DNA from: a virus
Length of the DNA: 64,000 nt
IMG/VR virus record: IMGVR_UViG_3300029214_000148
Reading direction: 5' to 3' (one strand)
Under the pieces are notes generated by a model, which made no database searches, was not told the origin of the DNA, and saw nothing but the letters and a program-made list of their open reading frames with translations. Below, piece after piece: positions 57,591 through 64,000 of this stretch. Positions within the stretch are counted from its first letter, which is position 1. Each line of letters starts with the position of its first letter. Both the position numbers and the translations under genes were made by a program.

Positions 57591-59413
57591 GAAAAGGACA
57601 GATTAAATTACTGGAAAAAGCAGAAAAAGAAGGATTTACAGAAGAACAGCTGGCTGTATTGCGTGGCAATCAGATGTTATGCACTTTAGATTATTATTAC
57701 TTTTTGCTGAAGCGTGGTGTTTCTGCTTCTGTAATTAATGCAATCATCAAAGCTGGTGAAGGATGGGGAATGGATTCGTTTGGATTCCAGTTGATGGAAT
57801 GTGGTTATTCATTGGAGGATATCCTTACATATATTGAGAAAAGCAAAAAGCTGTTACTTAATCATAATTATTTTTACGAAGAGATCATGACAGGGAAAAG
57901 TAAAAATGAAACTGATGTGTCTTTGCGTAAAAGCTATGCAGAAATACTTATACAGATTCCCGAATTATTGAGTTGCCGTGATGCATATATTACAAAGGCT
58001 GTCGAATTTGCAATCAATTCACGAATTTCAGTGAAAGATTTTATTGAGGAATTTTTCCCAAAGGAAGAGGATAGCTGGAAGGTCTTTAGAAACGGAAATT
58101 ATAAAGATAGCCAGTATACCGCTTTACTTTCTTTTTGGCGTAACCATATTCCACATTTATCAGACTTGTTATTGCCCAATGACAACAGTTTGTTTTTGTT
58201 TTACGAGCAGAAAGAAGTAGCTTTGGAAGATCAGATGAAACTTTTTATGGAAGCATGGAAAGCCCTTAACCATGTAACAGGGAAAGAACATTTCATTAAA
58301 ATAAAAGACTGCCCCATGTACTACAGGAGTATTGACATTAATAAGTCAGCAGTTAATATTTATCTGGCTTCGTCTTCTTATACAAATATTAACAATGGCG
58401 AATTCCATTTTGATGTATCGGAAGTATCTATGAAACTGGTCATTTTCCATTCCGGTGGATATTACTATAAAGGTTTCAAAGACCGGCTATTTCCGATTTC
58501 CATAAAGAAATTAAGTTCCATATGGAATGATTATGGAAATCTTGGAAAACAGGTGGTTACATTCATCCTTGGACATGCAATGGAAAAATTAAATGCCCTG
58601 GTCATGAAGGATATCCTGCGGACATTTGAAAAAGATAATTTTATGCTGCTTCCAATCAGACTTATCGACTGCCGGGATTCGTATAATTACAATCATCTGC
58701 TTCAGAAGAGGTGGGTTGCTGCGGATAAGATCAACTGGAACAGAACAGACGTCAACCTTGCTTACCTCGTAATTAAAAGTCTTCCGTACCTGGGACGTGA
58801 AAGCGATAAAAAACGATTATTACAGACAAAAGATACATCCCTGCTTGATGTGGTGGATTCTTCCTTCTGGAAGAGGAGATGGAACAACAAATGTATTTCC
58901 ACTTTCCTCGGATGCTTTATTGCAGGCGGTATCAGTGATGTGCCTGAAGATGGCGATCTGGATAATGTCAGAATCACAGCAGATGATTACATAAAAATGG
59001 CACACGAGATGCACCAAAAGGTTAAGCTTGGGTTCCGTAGCTGGAAGAAACTTAAGGATGCGCATGACAAAATATCAAAGAAATACAAAAATCGACTTCA
59101 CCGGGTGCATGTTCCAAAGAACAGCAAGTTCAACCATCTGAGGGAACTGCTCCCGGAATCCTATGAATGGATCCGTACAGGCAGCCGTCTCCGCATGGAA
59201 GGTATTGAGATGGGACACTGTGTGAATTCTTACTGGCAATACATAAACCAGGATACCTGTGCCATATATTCCTTTACAGCAGGAGAAAAACGCTACACTG
59301 CAGAATTCCGTGTTGACAGGAACGGGAAATATACGGTTAAGCAGATCCAGTCAAAGTATGACAGGGGGTGTCCGGCTTCTGTCCGGAAACAGGTGGGTAA
59401 GTTGATTTCCTAA
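57587..59413 (+). CDS. PcfJ-like protein, translationally coupled to the methyltransferase
   Basis: C-terminal RMEGIEMGHCVNSYWQY...KYDRGCP resembles the PcfJ family of conjugative plasmids; TTG start overlapping the upstream stop. Confidence 0.4.
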   Translation: MRKGQIKLLEKAEKEGFTEEQLAVLRGNQMLCTLDYYYFLLKRGVSASVINAIIKAGEGWGMDSFGFQLMECGYSLEDILTYIEKSKKLLLNHNYFYEEIMTGKSKNETDVSLRKSYAEILIQIPELLSCRDAYITKAVEFAINSRISVKDFIEEFFPKEEDSWKVFRNGNYKDSQYTALLSFWRNHIPHLSDLLLPNDNSLFLFYEQKEVALEDQMKLFMEAWKALNHVTGKEHFIKIKDCPMYYRSIDINKSAVNIYLASSSYTNINNGEFHFDVSEVSMKLVIFHSGGYYYKGFKDRLFPISIKKLSSIWNDYGNLGKQVVTFILGHAMEKLNALVMKDILRTFEKDNFMLLPIRLIDCRDSYNYNHLLQKRWVAADKINWNRTDVNLAYLVIKSLPYLGRESDKKRLLQTKDTSLLDVVDSSFWKRRWNNKCISTFLGCFIAGGISDVPEDGDLDNVRITADDYIKMAHEMHQKVKLGFRSWKKLKDAHDKISKKYKNRLHRVHVPKNSKFNHLRELLPESYEWIRTGSRLRMEGIEMGHCVNSYWQYINQDTCAIYSFTAGEKRYTAEFRVDRNGKYTVKQIQSKYDRGCPASVRKQVGKLIS

Positions 59414-59697
59414 TCGGTACCGGAAACAAAACTGCCGTAAGGAAAACATGACATGCGGATTTTTATGTCATCCTTTAAATACGGAATAAGATCGGAGATT
59501 CGATAATAAATCATGGGTTTTAAATTTGAAGAAAAAACGTCAGCTTAAAATGCACTGAGTGCGGTCAGGATTACGAAGATACGCAGATAATTGTGAATGG
59601 TGTTCCGAGCTGCAAATTCCACATATGTCCGGAATGTCAAAGAAAGTTTGAGAAAGTTTTTGGAAAGATCAAGGAAGTAATAAGAAAGTGGTAGGAA

Positions 59698-60042
59698 ATG
59701 AGTACATGTTTTTTGATTCTTGGAATTATTTGTATAGTTGCTGGAGTTGCTGGAATAATTCTCGAAATATACGGATGGGGTAGTCGTAATAAGAGACCTA
59801 TTGCGGTTTGCGAAGGTATTATGGCTGTATTATTAGGCATTGGAATGATTCTAGGACGAAATGAAAAAACTTATGATGAAATACAGGAAGAACTTGAGTC
59901 AGAAGCTATTGAAAACTATGATAATGGTTCAGAAGTTTATATCAATGGCAAGAAAAACAATGACATAGACATTAACGGTATTAATCTTGATAGATACAAT
60001 ATTAAAATCAAGGAAGGAAAAATTTACTTGATTGATAAATAA
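59698..60042 (+). CDS. membrane protein with conserved C-terminal module (paralog of 48394)
   Basis: C-terminus INGINLDRYNIKIKEGKIYLIDK. Confidence 0.45.
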   Translation: MSTCFLILGIICIVAGVAGIILEIYGWGSRNKRPIAVCEGIMAVLLGIGMILGRNEKTYDEIQEELESEAIENYDNGSEVYINGKKNNDIDINGINLDRYNIKIKEGKIYLIDK

Positions 60043-60120
60043 GCAGCCAAAACACAGTTCCATATTCATGATATAGGACTGTGTTTTTTGTAAGAAAATA
60101 AATAAAATTTTAAATTTCCT

Positions 60121-60150
60121 TTGACGAATTCTGAGATGGATAAATATATA
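60121..60150 (+). promoter_or_regulatory. family-1 promoter variant
   Basis: TTGACGAATTCTGAGATGGATAAATATAT. Confidence 0.35.
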
Positions 60151-60242
60151 TGCTGAAAATAAAAATTGCCATACAGGGGGCAGAACACATAGAATTTTCT
60201 GTCATCCTTTAAAAATCAGAAAATTAAAGGAGAACAATTTCA

Positions 60243-61688
60243 ATGAAAGAAAAATTTTTCCACCAGCTTCTTTCCATGTTTAGGGTAACACCGGAATATC
60301 CGGAAACGCTTATCCCGTCCGTAGAGGAAACCGCGAGAATTTTAAAAATAAACCCGGAAATATATAAGAGATTTGAGAATGCCTACCAGACTTCAGATGC
60401 TATAGATATTCCCGGCTATCCCATAAATGCAAAACAGGCTGCCAGAGAAAAAGAGGGAGTGGATATATCTGCTCCGGATCTTTCCTCTCTTATGAACAGG
60501 ATCGTTAGAGAGTTGGAAAACGATACTTTTATCTGGAAGTACACGGATGGAACTGTTTCCCCATTTAGTATCAACATTCCGGAAATAACAGAAATACCGG
60601 AACCTGTAACGGTGGAAGAGTTAAACATTGTTCCACGGGAATACCGCCCACAGCTTGCCGGGAATATCATCTGCAGGGGCTTGAATGACCATGCAGGGCG
60701 GCAGGCTGCATACTGGTATAATCTTGCAGTTAGTGAAAAATCAGAAAAGAAAAGGGAAGAAGCTTATTCCATGTTCCGGAAAAGTCTGGATATCCTTAAC
60801 CCTGATCTTGTTACATACAAAATGATCGGGATGAATGTCAATTCCATGGGTTACTGGCTTCCAAAGATGGTGAATGCCATAAAGGAAGACGGCTTCTTTA
60901 AAATTCCAGACACAACAATCATTAAAATCCCGCTTCCTCTGTTACAGCTCACATTTCTGGAATACAGCGACATTAACCGTACAACCCTTGATATCGTTGA
61001 TGATTACTGCAGGAAGGTTTTTTCGTTGGACGAGACAAAGGAATACTTCATTAAAACCGGAGTTTTTTCATCCAAATATGATTTCAGAAATGCCCGTGTA
61101 AGTGGGAAAAAGGAAGTCCGTGAACTTGGCGAATACCTGCTGTATATCCATGGATTTTCAAGAGTTGTTGGTGGCCCAACATCCTATGGTGCTGCCACAA
61201 CTAACGAGTGGGTGGTTCGTGACTTTATTCCAGACACAGAGAATAACCCAACGATCTACCATGGTCTGCCGCTCCATACGGAATACCGGGTATTTGTGGA
61301 TTTTAATGCTACGGATCCCTTTGAGCAGGTGCTTGGTATCAGTCCATATTGGGAACCAAAAACCATGAAAAATCATTTTAAGCCTCTTGCAGAAGGTTGC
61401 AGGGGAATGGATCCAGATGCATACCATGACTACTGCACATATTCCGTTGCCGAGGAAAAACTGATGAAAAGATATGAAGAGAACAAAGAGAAAGTTCTGG
61501 ATCATGTTTTGAATATAGTCCGCTGCAATGAACAGATGTATGGACAATGGTCCATGGATATCATGCAGAACGGAAATGATTTCTGGTTTATCGACATGGC
61601 AACAGCAAGTGAATCTGCATTAAATGAATGCATTCCTAAAGGAAAATTAAAAAAGATGGAAGAAAACTGGATTCCGGAGATCAGATAG
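60243..61688 (+). CDS. hypothetical protein
   Basis: 481 aa; AAAGGAG RBS. Confidence 0.5.
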   Translation: MKEKFFHQLLSMFRVTPEYPETLIPSVEETARILKINPEIYKRFENAYQTSDAIDIPGYPINAKQAAREKEGVDISAPDLSSLMNRIVRELENDTFIWKYTDGTVSPFSINIPEITEIPEPVTVEELNIVPREYRPQLAGNIICRGLNDHAGRQAAYWYNLAVSEKSEKKREEAYSMFRKSLDILNPDLVTYKMIGMNVNSMGYWLPKMVNAIKEDGFFKIPDTTIIKIPLPLLQLTFLEYSDINRTTLDIVDDYCRKVFSLDETKEYFIKTGVFSSKYDFRNARVSGKKEVRELGEYLLYIHGFSRVVGGPTSYGAATTNEWVVRDFIPDTENNPTIYHGLPLHTEYRVFVDFNATDPFEQVLGISPYWEPKTMKNHFKPLAEGCRGMDPDAYHDYCTYSVAEEKLMKRYEENKEKVLDHVLNIVRCNEQMYGQWSMDIMQNGNDFWFIDMATASESALNECIPKGKLKKMEENWIPEIR

Positions 61689-61699
61689 GGGGGAAAACT

Positions 61700-62386
61700 A
61701 TGAAAATTATTTATTCTAAATATACATTTGAAGAAGTCCACAATACAAGAAGAAAATGGTTATCTGATGAACCTGGTACATCGCGTGAAAAAATAAAAAT
61801 TGTATTACGATCCTTTCCATTTTTAGTTTATTTTTTATTTTGTGAGTATATCCTTCTCATTAACATATTTGATTATTCACAGCCGCTGGCTTATAGAAAT
61901 GTTATGAGGAAAATAATGAACCTTGATATTTATAAAAGCGCAGGGGTTTATACGAAGTTTTCAATCGATATACTATCGTACATATGCTATATGAGCGCTA
62001 TTGGCATTGCATTATGTCTAATAGCGATACTAATTTGCAAAATATATAAAAATATTGTATGCAGGATTATACCAATCAGTACGCCATGTATAGATAGAAA
62101 CAAGAAAAATCGATATGGGTATGATAAAACAATTGACATTGAAAAATTACTAGAAAGACAGAAAATGTTAAAAGAATTTATCAGTGATCATAATGCAGTA
62201 TTTACTCTAACAGGTAACGTGTTAAAAGTTACAATTTGTGAAGATGGATATTGCGAAGAAAAGTCTTTCCAGTTATCAGAGACAGAAGCAGAAAACATTC
62301 GGGAAAATGGGACATTTGATTTTTCTTATTTTGATGAAGAATGGGAAAAAATAATGTCGTACATACGAGGAGAAGAGAAAATATGA
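61700..62386 (+). CDS. membrane protein
   Basis: 228 aa, two or three helices. Confidence 0.45.
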   Translation: MKIIYSKYTFEEVHNTRRKWLSDEPGTSREKIKIVLRSFPFLVYFLFCEYILLINIFDYSQPLAYRNVMRKIMNLDIYKSAGVYTKFSIDILSYICYMSAIGIALCLIAILICKIYKNIVCRIIPISTPCIDRNKKNRYGYDKTIDIEKLLERQKMLKEFISDHNAVFTLTGNVLKVTICEDGYCEEKSFQLSETEAENIRENGTFDFSYFDEEWEKIMSYIRGEEKI

Positions 62387-62961
62387 ACAGTGAAATATTT
62401 AGAGTAGGTCAAACCTACAGTTTCATGGGTTACGATTGGACGGCCTGTGATCTTGTTAATGATGGTAAAACCCTTGTGATTCAGTCCCATGGTGTAACCC
62501 ATGGGGAATGGCCGGGTTTTGTAATGCCGCAGTTCGGCAACGGGAATTTTTATGCAGCAGATATTGATGGCGAGGATATTAGTGCCTACGATGACAAGAT
62601 GCAGACACTCTACGATGCCATCAAGGATGCTGAGGATTCATCCGCTTCCTATGGTAAGGGATTGTTTCTTATTAGCAAAGAAAAAGCCAATTTTACGAAA
62701 TGTGGAGAACCTGGTTCCAAAAATTACTGGCAGGCACTGAAGACAGCAGCGGAAAACGCCCGTTCGTTCTGGGCTACCTACTGCGCGTGGCTTGGTACTG
62801 TCGACGACAGCCACAATGCGTGGTATGTTCACTCGAATGGCTACGTCTATAGCTACGGCAATCAGAGCAGCGACTTTGTTGTCGCGCCGGCTTTCAATCT
62901 CGACTTGTCCAAAGTTGAGGTTGTTGAAAATCAAATTGTCAAAATAAGGTTAGAAAGGTGA
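62383..62961 (+). CDS. hypothetical protein, tandem paralog 1
   Basis: MNSEIFRVGQTYSFMGYDWTACDLVNDGKTLVIQSHGV; about 70% identical to the next gene. Confidence 0.5.
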   Translation: MNSEIFRVGQTYSFMGYDWTACDLVNDGKTLVIQSHGVTHGEWPGFVMPQFGNGNFYAADIDGEDISAYDDKMQTLYDAIKDAEDSSASYGKGLFLISKEKANFTKCGEPGSKNYWQALKTAAENARSFWATYCAWLGTVDDSHNAWYVHSNGYVYSYGNQSSDFVVAPAFNLDLSKVEVVENQIVKIRLER

Positions 62962-62967
62962 AAAATA

Positions 62968-63584
62968 TGAATAGTCAAATTACAAAAAATAACAATGTTT
63001 TAGAACTTGGGAAAACATACAGACTCGCCGGTTATGACTGGACGGCCTGTGAGCTGATCAACAATGGTAAAACCCTTGTAATCCAGTCCCATGGTGTGAC
63101 AAGTGGTGCATGGCCGGGATATGTAATGCCACAGTTCGGCAACGGGAATTTTTATGCAGCAGATATTGATGGCGAAGATATCAGTGCCTACGATGACAAG
63201 ATGCAGACACTCTACGATGCCATCAAGGATGCTGAGGATTCATCCGCTTCCTATGGTAAGGGATTGTTTCTTATTAGCAAAGAAAAAGCCGGTTTTACGG
63301 AATGGCGTGAACCCGGCTCTGGAAATTACTGGCAGGCTTTGAAAGAGGCTTCGATGAATTATCAGTCGTTCGGGGCTGCCGACGGCAACGCGTCGCTCGG
63401 TACTGTCTACGTCTACCACAACGCGTGGTATGTCTACTCGGATGGCTACGTCTACACCGACGGCAATCAGGACTACGACTTTGTTGTCCCGCCCGCTTTT
63501 AATCTCGATTTATCCAAAATAGAGATTGTTGGAGATGAGATTATCATTATGCATAAAGAAAATTTTAAAGATGAAGAAAAATAA
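62968..63584 (+). CDS. hypothetical protein, tandem paralog 2
   Basis: MNSQITK...LAGYDWTACELINNGKTLVIQSHGV. Confidence 0.5.
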
Positions 63585-63747
63585 TATAATGAATTACGTT
63601 TTAAATTTATGGCGAAAAATCCACAGGCTTGCCTGTGGGATGAAAGCTACATTTTTCACTTACTTGTTTCAACAGTTGGACACATAAGTGAAACTACAGT
63701 GATCAAATACATTGAGGAGCAGAAAATACATGGATGCTGACGAGTAC

Positions 63748-64000
63748 AAAAAACTTCTGAAAAAATTTCATAAACTTTCTGACAGGCATATCCTGGTCGC
63801 TGAGACGGATATGTCCTATCCTGATGTGCAGAAGGTCGTCCACTTTTCCGACAGGATCCGGAAAGCTGGCAATGAGCTTGTTGGTGTCATGAAAAAGAAT
63901 TATGAACAGCTCATGCGTACCAAAAAGTACCGCAAGCTGCTCCAGCTGTATGGCTCCACTGAGGACAAAAACAAACGCAAAACATATGCCGGACAGCTCA
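63748..64000 (+). CDS. hypothetical protein (3-prime partial, runs off the window)
   Basis: ATG after GAGGAGCAGAAAATAC. Confidence 0.3.

Noticed and set aside
59540-59694. Zinc-ribbon-like frame (CTECGQDYEDTQIIVNGVPSCKFHICPECQRKFEKVF...) upstream of 59698
   Set aside because: There is no in-frame ATG, GTG or TTG with an RBS. The only nearby ATG is followed at once by TGA. Possibly a decayed gene.
1-64000. Prophage interpretation
   Set aside because: There are no terminase, portal, capsid, tail or lysis genes. The VirB4, PrgI-like, topoisomerase III and PcfJ-like genes and the leading-region-style island point to a conjugative element or plasmid.

Overview
This window reads as one large mobile genetic element from a low-GC Gram-positive bacterium, either a conjugative element or a plasmid. 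It is not phage-like: no capsid or terminase genes are present. There is no chromosomal housekeeping context.

Main gene content, in order:
- A class A penicillin-binding protein, dUTPase, an element-encoded sigma-70 family factor and topoisomerase III.
- Part of a type IV secretion system: membrane proteins, a PrgI/VirB3-like protein and a VirB4 ATPase.
- An island of short promoter-gene-terminator cassettes that includes an orphan DNA methyltransferase.
- An SF2 helicase and a large C5-cytosine methyltransferase with five repeated target-recognition modules.
- A flotillin-like protein.
- A minus-strand array of 13 tRNA genes, several with non-canonical features.
- An IscB gene with its upstream omega-RNA region (IS200/IS605-like).
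- A second methyltransferase coupled to a PcfJ-like protein.
- HAD-family hydrolases, an FtsH-type peptidase domain protein, an AAA ATPase, and ASCH and GNAT proteins.

The most notable feature is a compact type I-C CRISPR-Cas effector module, cas5c-cas8c-cas7c, with no cas3, cas1, cas2 or cas4 anywhere in the 64 kb. A 12-repeat composite array lies downstream of it. Four small degenerate arrays and one solo repeat are scattered in 3-prime UTRs and behind a conserved promoter. Two of the small arrays share a near-identical spacer.

Two repeated promoter families recur across the element. One, TTGACGATTTTTCAAAAGGCGCAATAT, occurs at least 11 times. Three of those copies are followed by a conserved structured leader RNA of about 160 nt with a tRNA T-arm-like hairpin.

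Every functional assignment is from motif-level reading of the translations only. No database search was possible.
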